NCBI RefSeq assembly: GCF_026571515.1
Contig: NW_026853829.1
Span: forward strand, 248,001-312,000
Direction: 5' to 3'
DNA: 64,000 nucleotides
From: Ruditapes philippinarum
Lineage: Eukaryota
Part shown: one piece after another, positions 1 through 13,257 of the stretch
Position numbering within the stretch: position 1 is the first letter of the stretch
How the letters are laid out: every line of letters begins with the position of its first letter
Program-made: the position numbers and the translations under genes
The notes under the pieces: generated by a model
The model's input: only the letters and a program-made list of their open reading frames with translations
Database searches by the model: none
What the model was told of the DNA's origin: nothing

Positions 1-140
1 AGCAGATTAATGGAAGTTTGTGTTTTTGCAAGCTTTAGATACTAGTATATCAACAAAACAGCAATATTTAAGAATAACGTTGCTTCTTTCACTTTTATTT
101 TAGATTTTTCTTTTACATATGAATTTTTTTCTGTTTATCT

Positions 141-1884
141 TTATCCGAAATGTATTTGGTAGTGAGTTCCTGTTTCATTTCTGTTGCAAAAGTTACCCCT
201 GCATGAACCTGAGCAGGTCACGTGATCCCAGTCTTGAATACATTTGTTACCTTGAGAGGTACCGCAACTTCGGAAGTAACTCGTGACTACCTTTCTATCT
301 GAAGAATACAAAAGCAATACAGAGTTTAGTTGGTTTACTCCCTTGCAGCTTGTATTAATATAAAAGCCGTTATTAGAGTTAATAAGTATATATTTGAATA
401 AAATCGAACATACTTTATGATAAGAAAGTTTATATAATTATCCATTCTTTTCCAATAATGATTAATTTTAAAAGCTAATTTCATCCGCTCTTGAGCAGCA
501 TAGTTCTCGTGTTTGTAAACTTAGAGGAGCTTGAACTATCGACCCCTAGAATGAGAGTTAGTCACAATTCATTAACAAAAATAACTAGATAAGAAATCAA
601 AGATATTGATCGAGAACAGAAACTTTGCTTCAGTTAGTGCAACAACGTTGTATATTAGGCGGACATCTTTCTTAAATAGTATTGTCTATTCAGTTATAAT
701 TACATACAGTGAAAACATCTACATCGACCCCAAGTCTAAAATTATATGGCTAATGGTATTCTGAGTATGAAAATATCTATAAAGCCAAGAAAAAAATCTC
801 TTAAACTGTCAGATTTTTCTTTTTATTAGAACGTTAGTCCATAAAGAAGGAAGATTTGGTCTTGATTAAATGTATTGTATCTGATTTATATACATATATG
901 GTAGACTTCTCCCGTCAACATATATTTTCATTAGCAGATGTTTCCGGACAATTAATGTTATCATTGTATAAATGGAAGGTCCATGATTGCGAATATATTA
1001 ATGCACCTAGTTTATTATTGATCAATGATGTCATAAAGGTTTGCTGAACGCAAACTTCTATAGGCAAACTTTTGTCAGTCAACGATTTATAAAAAAAAAA
1101 TTGATTAAATATACATTGTGCAACAAATACACATTATCTCCTGATAGGGTGTGAAACACTTACTTGTGTCGTACATTTCTTGATATGTACAATAACTTGT
1201 AGAGTTACAGACTACATGGGCACTTGCCCCTAACGATGCAGGATCATCCATACATGCTTTCTGATTCCAGAACTCGTTTACATTGTACAGCTTCTCATAT
1301 GAACATTTATAACACGTAAACGATGCTAAAATAGAAACAACAATAAATCTGCAGAACAAAAAAACATATCTCGAGAATATAAGATTTGTGTTCAATGCCG
1401 CACAACATTGTATTACTAAGTGATTTTGTACAAGTTTAATGATACACGATGTAGGGTATGTAAGAATCACATGGTTTTCTCCCTCACGTGGTCATTTAAT
1501 GAATCTCCTCAGCCATCGTTAAGGAGAGCGTGCCCCACAAAACTCAGCCTCCATACCCGACATTATCCAACCCCATTGGAAAGAGGCACTTAAGCTTCAA
1601 CCAGTAGGGCAGCCACATAATAGCGGAATAGGATGGACTATGTGGACGATGTATGGAGATGTCAAGAAACAAACCTCAATTCAGACTATTTTTTATTGGC
1701 AAATCAGCTATTATACACATTTGATATGAGGTTTACCGTTGCTTAAAAAATTATTTATCAGAAAAAATGCATATTTTTATTGGCATGAATTAGTGGAATA
1801 TAAAGAAATGTATTGTCAAATAAAGAACTTACCTCCCGACGCTCCAAGTATGGGTAATATCAACAATAATAACTGAAACTGCAT
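141..1884 (-). CDS. Secreted Ly6/uPAR (LU, three-finger/quiver-like) protein, 3 exons (1884-1833, 1325-1164, 298-141), 123 aa
   Basis: GT-AG introns join to a 372-nt open frame: MQFQLLLLILPILGASG-ASFTCYKCSYEK...ACMDDP...VCNSTSYC...RSCG...KCIQ...TCSGSCRGNFCNRNETGTHYQIHFG*. It has a signal peptide and 10 Cys with the CxxC start and CxxxxCN end typical of LU domains. Only exon 2 appears in the ORF track. Confidence 0.85.
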
Positions 1885-2226
1885 TTTGAAAATAAACTGT
1901 GTTCTTCTGTATTTGATATTATAAGTTGTTGACGTCAAGTTTTCCTTATTCCTTTCTGATAAGATGCATGTATTATGAAGTCATACGTTCAAATCATTTC
2001 GTTTTATCTTATGAAACTTGCACTTAGAAAAGATAAGAGCAAGTTCAGTATAGTGCAATAAAAATTGTCGCAAAATGTTGGCCATATTAGAATTCGTTGT
2101 TAGTCGGTGGGTGAAAATAAATACGTAAATCCTTCACATAATGAACAGAACATATTTTTATCAACTTAAACATTTTTCAGTAAAATTAGTATAGAATATG
2201 TGTGGTTACAATTGTAATATTAAGAA

Positions 2227-4447
2227 AACAAGATATGTTTGTAAAACATGTATGCCCCCTATCAGCAGCCAATTAGTCATGTGATAAGGTTATTATGCAT
2301 GACTTCTGACCCAGTGATCAAACAATTAATAAGGTTTATAAAGTATCTACTGGTCATGACCTTGACCTTTGACCTCTTGACCCAAAACTCAATAGGGGTC
2401 ATCTGCTGGTCACGACCAATCATCATACAAAGTTTGAAGTTCCTAGGCCTAGGCATTTTTAGTAAATTGATCAGAAACCGTTTTTACCTACAAGGTCAAT
2501 GTGACCTTGACCTTTGACCCCTTGACCCCAAAATCAATAGGGGTCATCTGCTGGTCATGACCAATCACCATGCCTAGGTTTGAAGTTCCTAGGCCTAAGG
2601 TTCTCTTATTATTGATCAGAAAACCGGTTTAACATACAAGGTCAATGTGACCTTGACCTTTGACCCCAAAATCAATAGGGGTCATCTGCTGGTCATGACC
2701 AATCACCATGCTAAGTTTGAAGTTCCTAGGCCGAAGCGTTCTTTAGTTATTGATCAGAAAACCGTTTTTACTTACAAGGTCATTGTGACCTGGACCTTTG
2801 ACCCCTTAATCCCAAAATCAATAGGAGTAATCTGTGGTCATGACAAATCACCATACCAAGTTTGAAGTTCCTAGGCCTAAGTGTTCTTGAGTTATTGATC
2901 AGAAAACCGTTTTTACTTAAAAGGTCAATGTGACCTTGACCTTTGACCCCTTCACCTAAAATTCAATAGGGGTCATCTGCTGGTCATGACCAATCATCAC
3001 ACAAAGGTTGAAGTTCCTAGGCCTAAGCGTTTTTAGTTAATTGATCGGAAACCGTTTTTTACCTACAAGGTCAATGTGACCTTGACCTTTGACCTCTTGA
3101 CCCCAAAATCAATAGGTCATCTGCTGGTCATGACCAATCACCATACCAAGTTTTGAAGTTCCTAGGCATAAGGGTTCTTAAGTTATTGATCGGAAAGCAT
3201 TTTTACCTACAAGGTCAATGTGACCTTGCCCTTTAACCCCTTAACCCCAAAATCAATAGGGGTCATCTGCTGGTCATGACCAATCACCATACCAAGTTTG
3301 AAGTTCCTAGGCCTAAGGGTTCTTTGGGTATTGATCGGAAACCTGTTTTTACCTAAGAGGTCAATGTGACCTTGACCTTTGACCCCTTGACCCCAAAATC
3401 AATAGGGGCATCTACTGATCATGTCCAATCACCATCTCAAGTTTGAAGTCCCTAGGGCCTAAGGTTCTTTCATTATTGATCGGAAAACCGTTTTTACCTA
3501 CAAGGTCAATGTGACCTTGACCTTTGACCCCTTAACCCAAAAATCAATAGGGGTCATCTGATTGGTCATAACCAATCACCATACCAAGTTTGAAGTTCCT
3601 AGGCCTTAAGGTTCTTTAGTTATTGATTGGAAACCGTTTTTACCTACAAGGTCAATGTGACCTTGACCTTTGACCCCTTGACCCAAAATCAATAGGGGTC
3701 ATCTACTGATCTTGACCAATCACCATACCAAGTTTGAAGTTCCTAGGCCTTAAGGTTCTTTAGTTATTGATCGGAAACCGTTTTTGCTTTCAAGGTCAAT
3801 GTGACCTTGACCTTTGACCCCTTGACCCCAAAATCAATAGGGGTCATCTACTGATCATGACCAATCACCATACCAAGTTTGAAGTTCCTAGGCCTTAAGG
3901 TTCTTTAGTTATTGATCGGAAACCGTTTTTGCTTACAAGGTCAATGTGACCTTGACCTTTTACCCCTTGACCCCAAAATCAATAGGGGTCATCTACTGAT
4001 CATGACCAATCTCCATACCAAGTTTGAAGTTCCTAGGCCTTAAGGTTCTTTAGTTATTGATTGGAAACCGTTTTTGCTTTCAAGGTCAATGTGACCTTGA
4101 CCTTTGACCCCTTGACCCAAAAATCAATAGGGGTCATGTACTGGTCATGACCAATCACCATACCAAGTTTGAAGTTCCAAGGCCTTAAGGTTCTTTAGTT
4201 ATTGATCGGAAACCGTTTTTGCTTTCAAGGTCAATGTGACCTTGACCTTTGACCCCTTGACCCCAAAATCAATAGGGGTCATCTACTGGTCATGACCAAT
4301 CACCATACCAAGTGTGAAGTTCCTAGGCCTAAGGGTTCTTTAGTTATCACTCGGAAACCATTTGGTCTACGGACCGACGGACCGACAGACCGACGGACCG
4401 ACAAGTGCAAAGCAATATACCCCCTTTTCTTCGAAATGGGGGCATAA
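2227..4447 (+). mobile_element. Non-autonomous Helentron-type (HINE/pearl-like) element with ~14 x 145-bp tandem core
   Basis: 5' AAACAAG...TATGCCCCC subterminal IR and 3' hairpin CCCCCTTTTCTTCGAAATGGGGGCATAA. GACC/GACG microsatellite at 4370-4402. Monomer anchor CAAGGTCAATGTGACCTTG recurs at 3791, 3936, 4081 and 4226. Confidence 0.85.
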
Positions 4448-5961
4448 TTATCAATGATGACATACTACCAGATAAACTACAGCACACATTCAATATTGCT
4501 ATGTGCAAGAAAAAACATCATTAACAACAACAAAAACAACAACACAAATTACTTTTCTAGTTTGTCTAAGAATGTGTCGCTAAACTCTAGTTGCAAATTA
4601 CTTCTCTCGCGTACTTTTACCTTTCGATGATACTCTAAGATGCATACTAAAATGTATCAGTATAAAGATTAATCTAAGTAATTATCAATAAATTGTGCGT
4701 GAGTTTTCATAGCAATGCCTTGAGTAAATGTGACCAGACCGTCCTGACTGTGTTTTCGATGTATTTTGTAAGTTTTAGTCATTGCCACGCACTTTGAACT
4801 TTATGGTTGGCATACTGTGTTGTCATTGGTTGATAGTTATTTTCTTTTATCACGTGCTAATTCGCGGGGTTTACAGTGCGGCCAACGTTTTTCTGTGTAA
4901 TAGTTGAGCTTGTTGTCTTAGGAAACTTTTGAAAGTTTATCTTATTTTTTATTGGTAATATATCTTGGTATGTATACTTTGTATTAGTTGTATTACATGA
5001 GCTTCTGTTGAAATGAGTATTACATTCGTTTCTTTGTTTTCGGCGACATTTTAGACGTTTATGTAATATTGCATATTTTGTGTACATGAAATTGAAATGG
5101 CATAATCTGGTGAATTAACTATTGCTACTGTCATATATATTTCTTTTGTGCACAATACTTATTTTTAACTCACAGACTAAACAGCACACACTGGAGAGAG
5201 AATGTAATGAATGTTATGTTGCAGAATGTGATTGGTACCATTTACTGGTGAGTTAACATGTTGTGGTTTTGTTTGTACTGTGTTTATGTTGATAACAGGT
5301 TCGACATGTGATTGATATGTATTAGAATTTGTGACATTTATGAATGGTTAAGTATTAATGTATTTTGGCCACTAGCGTGTGATGAATTCATTGTCTTAAT
5401 GATACTCTGATGATCTTGTTAAAATGTTGCTAATGTAATATGTATTTGTAATTCATTATTTTAATTATATAGTAATTGGTTGATGAACTGTATTTTTCAG
5501 GTCACTTGTTGTAACTGCAAGTAGTGTCATCTGTTTAGGTGTCATCAATCATTTGTAATTATTTGTGACAGACGATGTAAATAAAGATGAGAACTTGAGA
5601 AGAGAACCCAACATCTTGGTTTTTTTATTCAGTAGTTGTTTACGTAAAAGCCGAGTAGTAACATAAAGATAAAATCAAATGTTATACAAATGATATCTGA
5701 ATTTAAAATGAAATAGCTCTGCACAAGAAAAACCAATGTCCTCGTTATATCGATTCCAAATGGTGACCACTATACAGAATTGCAAAATCATTTTCATTTG
5801 TCATATACAACTACATTAAAAAACCCTCAGTTCATTCATTTTGATTACTATCTACACATATACAAGCTATTTGTTTTAATTTCTTGATGTTTTTTATTCC
5901 ACATTTCTTTACACATATAGGAAAAACAATATGAATATGGAAAGGCGGCATTTTAATTCAT

Positions 5962-7234
5962 TTAACCAACAACATTACCTGCTTCTGAAAAATCTTGCTG
6001 GAGCAGAAATCCGGTAAAAGTGGAATAAATGGTGGGATCGCCATAAATGGCATCGTCAGCAGCAACATTTTGCACAGCGATATCATCACCTTGCTTAAGC
6101 TGAATAACTAAGGCCTGACTTCCTTGGTCATGTCGGCCATCTGTACCACGTGCATACACTGATGCCTTGATCGCTCCATTTACGATCAACTCGCACCAAA
6201 CTTCACGATCGTTGTCAGCTAGGACAGATGTATAGAACACATAGAGACCAGGCACCGGTGCAGTGAACACGCCATGATGAGGATTGTAACCGTTTCCAAC
6301 ATTTGTTTCCACGTGGTCGAACACTATGTTTTGATGGGCACCTACATGAAGTGCACGTTTTGTAAGACCAGCCGTAAATGCAACAGTCACCTCATTTTCT
6401 GCTCTGCGGATTCTATCTCCTGCAAAATAAAATTATAATTGACAATAAGTCTAAAATCACGATATCAAAAAATGAGAACAACGATTATCATCACAGACCG
6501 AAGCTTTTTAATAGAATTAAAAGATAAATGAGAAATGATAACTGGGTATTCCTTTTTTCGTTTTAATTCTTTTTTTACATGTTATGCTTTCTGAGATAAT
6601 CCCAAGTTGGCTTTATTAACGCACACTTACAATCGAACTCTTATTCTTTAATGTATATGTAAAATGTTTTCGTGGATACAAACATTTGCGGATATGTATC
6701 TACCGCGAAAAGCGCTAACTTACAAAGCGCGAAATAATTTCTAGTAATTCAGAAAGTGTTTTTAAAAGAAAAGCATTTAAAATCTTGGACAGGTGAAGAA
6801 AAGAAAAAATCAAAACAGCTACTTTAGGTACCTGAATTACCCGATGATGCCAGAATCACATTCTTTGCATTTGCATGTTTTTCGTCTTTTTGTGTTTGAG
6901 AACTCGTGTCCCAATTATTTTCTTGAAACTTCATACGTCTCGTCAGTTGAGAAATCAGTCGATCTTGTTGAATGCCTTTCTTCCTTAAATATGAGATCTC
7001 ATCTTTTTGTCCGGAAAGCTGTTTTTGTAGGTCATCTATTTCTTGCCTATGTAATTTATCCTGGGCTCTTGAAATTATCCTCAAGAAACACTTAAGCTTC
7101 AGAAAACCTTTTAAAATTATTTAACTCGTCCGTGGGTTTACTTTATAGTCTGAAAAGGGAAAGGGCCCAAAAAAGTTTAAACCTCCAAAACAGCACAAAT
7201 TACAACAAACAAAAAGGGAATGAAAGAGATACAT
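5962..7234 (-). CDS. C1q-domain-containing protein 1 (signal peptide + coiled coil + gC1q); exon 2 6419-5962, exon 1 ~7234-6841 with disrupted 5' part
   Basis: Intact gC1q exon (VAFTAGL...FDHVETNVGNGYNPHHGVFTAPVPGLYVF...YSTFTGFLL). The coiled-coil segment 7084-6841 is homologous to the paralog at 12849-13257. The reading frame is broken at ~7085-7230. Confidence 0.8.
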
Positions 7235-7899
7235 TTTTGTTTTTCTTTATGTAACAAAATTATCTTATCTTTCCCGAAATGAAAAACCAAACCCGGACGG
7301 ACTTTAGTAAAAATTTAGGTCGTTTTGTGATGGGTGAAAAAGGGGAAACACTTTTTTTAAAATTTAAATTGTCTAAAATTTATTGAGTAAATCGATAAAA
7401 AAAAACCCGGGAAAACCCTTTCCCGACTTCATTTAAATGGATGTATTCTGTATAAGCTTCAAATTAAAAAAATACTATTTAAAACTTTTGTGTTTTACCT
7501 TTTTTCGTGTTGTATGATATGGTATGATTGAAATAATGTCAATTTCATCCATTAAAATCTCTATTTATCGAACTAGCTTGCAGTTTGTGCAAACATAAGT
7601 ATGCTCAATATTCTTACTCTTAATATGTATGTACTATTGTTTGTCTTCAGTTGTTCGATACATATAAGCATTGGGTATGTAATACTTATGTTATATGTTC
7701 TAAGTCAGCTATAGTATTGAATGTATCTTGATAAATGTTTCACGCGTGAACTTTGCTTGTTTTCAATTTGTTTAAGTATGTAATATTTAGAAGTGCTATA
7801 ACAAAAGTTTACAAGAAAAGCATTGATGCAAAGCATCAAAGGGCGACGCCAAAAGAATTTGATCCAGGTTTGCACCTAAATACTTAACAAAAGATGTGT

Positions 7900-8715
7900 A
7901 CTTTATAGCAGTACCATTTCATGTGACCTGGAGGCTTGGCCCAGTTTATGTTGAAACTTAAACCAAAAAGAATAGACTCTGTCTTGCCAAGATGCAAAGA
8001 CAATTTATAGTCAATAAACCAATCTTAAGATTTACTTTACCAGATACAAGGATACCTGAGTCATCATCACAGGCACAAGTATCACACCTGGGAAGAAAAA
8101 ATATGACCAGATTAATAAAAAATCTGTGTTCATCTTTAAAGTGTCAAAAACCAAAAAAAATATGTAAATAATGACCCCCTTTAAAAATATACTATTAACT
8201 TTAAGTATATTTTTAAAGGGGGTCATCATTTACATTTTTTTTTTTTTGGTTTGTGACACTTTTAAGATGAACACAGGTTTTTTTTATCAATCTGGTAATA
8301 TTTTTTCTTCCCAGGTCTGATACTTGTGCCTGTGCATATAATAAAAGCTTATTGCTTAGGGTTGCAGACATGTCATTGACATATATTAGACATAAAAGAG
8401 GACCTAAAATGAACATCAGGGGGACACCATAGATATTCAGAGAGAACGAGTACCAGCCACATTCACCAGCTGCTATCAGAGATAAGACTTGAACCATGCA
8501 AGAATGTCATTACATATGGCAGATGCTTGAAGTTCCATGAAGAAGAAGAAAAAAGAACTTCTTCATGTGCAGTATAGTGTGATCAACTGTACCAAATGCT
8601 TTTTGTAGATTTAAAAGTATCACGCAATACTGCCTTTGTCCATTTCAAATTAAATGCAATCTATTAAATGAATCAAACATGTGTCAGTTGAAAAACCACT
8701 TCTAAACCCTGACTA
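7900..8715 (-). pseudogene. Degenerate LINE (CR1/L2-like) reverse transcriptase fragment
   Basis: Minus strand reads GVP..ILGPLLCLIYVNDMSATLSNKLLLY / DDSGI and then DWFIDYKLSLHLGKTESIL. It is frameshifted and split by a MITE. Confidence 0.8.
8068..8334. mobile_element. 267-bp foldback MITE
   Basis: Almost the whole element is a palindrome (CACAGGCACAAGTATCA...TGATACTTGTGCCTGTG), with CAT on both flanks. Confidence 0.85.
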
Positions 8716-8720
8716 AAACT

Positions 8721-9045
8721 GCCTGACCATGACTCGAACCCATGACTTTCAGAAGACCAACTGAGCTATCCGGCCGGCTACACATTTTCTCTTTATTAAT
8801 GAAACAGTTCTAAACCTAAACCTTTTTCCCCACTATATTGATTCATGTACTTGAATTTCTGATGTTTACAGAGCATAGTAAATTAAACTAATGGTTATTT
8901 GCAGTAACAGGATTAGAAAAACTTTCAGCTTGACCAGAACTCAAACCTGTGACCCACAGAATAATGTACCGCGGCTGTAGCGATTGAGCTATCTGGCCGC
9001 TTACACATTTTCTCCCCTAAATAGTGAACAGTTCTAAACCGTGAC
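8721..9045 (-). repeat. Two tandem degenerate tRNA-like units
   Basis: Minus strand GGCCAGATAGCTCAATCG...GGTTTGAGTTCTGGTCA and GGCCGGATAGCTCAGTTGG...GGTTCGAGTCATGGTCA (A/B-box-like), each preceded by GAGAAAATGTGTA. Confidence 0.6.
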
Positions 9046-10720
9046 AGATATATAGATTTTCAAATTAACAGATAATTAATTCTTAATTAATAAATAAGAA
9101 AAAAAAACCTTACATACTCATAGTCTTTATATAATTAAAATAACAATTTATATAATTATTATTGTATACTTATTTTTACTAAAAAGGGCTAAGACAGTTA
9201 TTGAATGTGCCATTATTTATAACAGGTCAATTTGAAAGTGAATATAACTGTGCTTATACATGTACAATATCTATGATAAGAAATGTTATGAAGGCTGATT
9301 TGTATTTTACATCAAGGACACCGGGCGAAAACATGAAAATGCAACAAACGAACCACTTTGTGGTAGATTTTATTTTCATGTTTTCATCTGGCGCCCGGTT
9401 ACTTTTTGTACTTTGTTGGTTTTATGTGGCACAAATCCACCACTATAAAATTTAGTGTACAAATTTATTCAAGGACTAGTAACAATTATCTACTATCTAA
9501 TGTAAAGTCTGTTGTCGGGTTGACTCAGGAGACCTGGAGGTTGAGACCGGTGTCCCTCCATTACAAATAGATAAGTCAGAAGCTGTCCTTTTCAAACTAT
9601 GCACATGTTAGAAAAAAATTAGAATAACTATTCAGAACATGATTTTTTGAGGCTTTATCAATTATATTGCTTGATCCGAGTTTCAGGACATTTTCAATCA
9701 ATACATGTATTATCATTTATAACTTTAAATGAAAGTCTCATCCCTTTAATAATAATGACATAACTGCAACTCTTTAAATTCAGAAATATTATAAGTCTCA
9801 TCATACCAATATACTAAGATATAAATGTATGCACATAACATTAATAATTCCAAGTTTCTATTAAATAAATATGAAATATATTGGGTATATAAAGCCAGTA
9901 AAAGTATATATATATATCAATATTCACTCATCAGGGCCTCTATGCTTTTGATGACCTTACAACTGGTAAATTTTATAAAACAAAAATTGTAAGTAATACC
10001 TAAGATAGACGGAAAAGAACAAATAATTTAGTAAACATGAGTTACTTCCCCTTGAAATAAAGAAAACATGAAACCCAAAAGAACACCCTAAACATCAAAA
10101 TTAAGAAATGTTGCAGGCTCATTTTAATTATGCCATGCAAATTAATGGTAAAGAATTCATAAAAAAGTAGATGGCCATGTGACAGCAGTAATTGCAGAAA
10201 ATCGGATAGCTGTCAACATCCGGATACTGGTACACTTTGTAAAAACAACCATTCTGATCAACAGATAAACGTAATATGGATAAAATCAATAGGATAATCG
10301 TTTACAACAGTCCATTACCTATCCTAATACTCATTTGCAGGTGAACTTTCTTCTTGTAGGAAAGTTTTAAAAATATATAAATGAATGAGCATCAATGTAG
10401 ACCACAACGATATTCGAAATCCGGGTTTTAGTATTGTCAATAAAACAAAGGGACAAGCTGTTAATCAGAGCCTGCAATTTCGTGAAAATTATATCACAAT
10501 GCACATGCTTTTTATATAAAGTTATTAAATACAAATATAACAACATATTTGTTTACTTGATTTTTACGAATCAAAATAAATATAATTAACACAACATGAA
10601 ATTAACTGCTAATAATAACAGCTCCTTCCATAGGCAAAAATAAAAAGCATTCCATATAAGACGACGCCGCTCACCGGCGTCGCCAATAAACTTCACGAAT
10701 CCCTCTTGTATATACATGTA

Positions 10721-11558
10721 CGAGGGGTTATCCAAAAATTCGTGGACTTTTTAAATATCTTTTGAACGTCGACGTGTATTATAATGAAAATTTATCAGCA
10801 TACATTGTAGAATATTATCAATACATTTTGAAAGGAACAGTTAATTGTGTCAATAAATAATGATTTTATATTGCTTTTAAATAAGCACATACACAGCACC
10901 CGGCGCACGGTAGAAAAGCACAGTAAGTCATCGTATATTTCTTGCTAAAAAAACAAAAAATAACGTAGAAAACCCGCTGAACATCGCACTTTTCTTCTAT
11001 GATGTCATTTAAGTAATTCTTTAAAATAATGGACGTCATTTCCGTTTATTTTTGTTGATATCGCTAGAAACGCCAGACGCCTTTATTGTTTACAACGGGA
11101 AAATGACGGACACGCGGTAATTAGAAAATCGCACGATCATAAACAATCATAAATTTTTGTTGTAATTTGGAAATGACACCTACAAAAACATTTAATAAAA
11201 ATCAGCAGACGAACAGAGAAAAGAAAATTTCACGATCATTAGTGTTAAAGTGGCATAAAAAATTTAGTGATGGACATTACTTTGAGAAGCAGTAACCGTC
11301 ATTGACTGCGTAACGTTGAAGCACAAGTTGTACGTTGATATCATGACGTTGACGTCAATAACTTTTTGGAGTGCGCCGCTGTCGCCGACATGTGTTTATG
11401 TAAAGTTAAATATTGTTGTAATGTAAGAAGCTACTCTCATGAATTTTTCTGTGTTTATTTCTTATTAATTCTTCTAAACAGTGTAAGAATTTCAAATTAA
11501 TATCTCAAATATATTTTACGCAACAAAGAAAGTCCACGAATTTTTGGATAACCCCTCG
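10721..11558 (+). mobile_element. Non-autonomous mariner element (internal deletion derivative)
   Basis: ~30-bp TIR CGAGGGGTTATCCAAAAATTCGTGGACTTT with TA on both sides. The internal remnant IINFCCNLEMTPTKTF...ISRSLVLKWHKKFSDG (~11146-11275) resembles the mariner transposase N-terminal HTH. Confidence 0.9.
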
Positions 11559-12173
11559 TATATGTATGAACAGATATTTTTTTGAAAGTTAATATTTTCC
11601 ATTTAAAAGGCAAATGAAATATTTTGTTTAAAAGGCGTATCTATAGCACTATTAGCACTTTCTATAGTATGTTCCGTTTTTTATCATGAATGGTTATGTT
11701 ATCTTAGGTTAACTGTGTAATTCATTTTTCTTACTTAATATGTATTGCTACTGTAAAATAGTGTATTCTATGATTATTCTTAAATGAACTTCAAACTTCA
11801 ACTTTTTATCTGATATTCAAGATATTTTTATGGACTGCTGTATTATCAGTACTTTAACAGTGTTTTAATTTTTCATTTGACAGGTATTTTTCACACCATT
11901 TAAGACAGGGAATAAAAAACAACCCATCAAAGCTTCGATAATTGATATACAATTATATTCATTTGTTAGTGAACAAATAATATTCTTATATGAAAAGCAA
12001 GCAAAGACAAAGGTGTTAAGAACTGATAACTACTTCTTTCAAAACATTCAAAATAACAATAAGAAGGATAGTATAAATATTGAAAAATAATTAAACATCA
12101 ATATTTTGTAACACTTTAAAATATGACAAATGTGTAATTTTACTATTTCATTGGCATCTACGCGGCAAAACAA

Positions 12174-13257
12174 TTAGCCAACAATGGTATTGACATCATC
12201 GTTCTGAAGAAGGAGAAATCCGCTAAACGTTGAATAAAAAAAGGTGCTACCATATATTGCGTCATCAACTTCATAATTCTGAATGGCAACATCATCTCCT
12301 TGTTGAAGTTGTGTAACAATCATTTGACTTCCTTGGTCATGTCTTCCGTCTGTACCGCGAGCGTACACGGATGTCTTGACTACATTATTAACGACCAGGT
12401 TGCACCAAACTTCTCTATTGTGATCAGCCAGCACGGACGTAAAGAACACATAGAGACCTGACACTGGGGCAGTAAAAACACCATGATGAGGATTGTAGCC
12501 ATTTCCGATATTAGTTTCTACGTGGTCGAATACTACGTTCTGGTGAGCACCAACATGTTGTGCTGTTTTTGAAAGACCAGCAGTAAATGCAACAGCCGCT
12601 TCATTTGCTATGCTGCGGATTCTATCTATTGAAAAAGAATATGATTAATGTCAACGTCCGCTTCATTAGTGACACATTTAAATAACTGGTGAATTTTATA
12701 ATATGAAATAAGTATAAAGACAGTGAAAAAGTAGGAATGTAATAATCAAGCGGTATCGAAAACATTATTAAAACTAAATAAATATATTAATACATGCCGA
12801 ATACAGTCATAGAAGATAAAAAGATATAAATGTATAAAGCCAAAATACCCGACATTTTTGACGATTTTTGAACCCCATTCTCTGCCGATACAGGTTTTCC
12901 ATCTCTATGTTTACGCCTGGAGTTCCAAGTGCACATCTTTATTCGCCTCGTCAGTTGAGAAATCAGGCGACCATTTTGAATACTTTTCTCGCGCCAAGCT
13001 TCATTTTCATCCTTTTGATTTAAAAGCTCTTCCTTCAGGTCTATCATTTCTTGTCTATGATCTCGTTTGAGTTCTTCTAGCAAACCGGCTTGTTTTTTGG
13101 TGTATTCCTCAAGATCAACTATACGTTTTAGGAGATCGTGGACATTGGGCTCATTTAATGTCGAGTCAAAGTCTGCATTAACGGACGAAGATATTGTATT
13201 TTCAGCTTCCAAAAATGCAAATAATGCAGCAAATAATAAGAACCGAAGGAGCGCCAT
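12174..13257 (-). CDS. C1q-domain-containing protein 2, exons 13257-12849 and 12625-12174, 286 aa
   Basis: Signal peptide MALLRFLLFAALFAFLEA, coiled coil, phase-1 GT-AG intron and complete gC1q domain; spliced length 861 nt. Confidence 0.92.

Larger units (their letters stand above)
7811..10690 (+). mobile_element. Helentron-type element shell carrying nested LINE fragment, MITE and tRNA-like repeats
   Basis: 5' ACAAG...TTGATGCAAAGCATCAA hairpin followed by GGCGACGCC. 3' hairpin GACGCCGCTCACCGGCGTCGCC contains the reverse complement, the same end layout as the other HINEs in this window. Confidence 0.55.

Noticed and set aside
2355-4360. CRISPR-like array
   Set aside because: The whole 145-bp unit repeats with no unique spacers; it is a eukaryotic satellite core with HINE ends. 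The same applies to 18730-20840.
8721-9015. Functional tRNA genes
   Set aside because: The anticodon arms are deleted or degenerate; repeat-derived.
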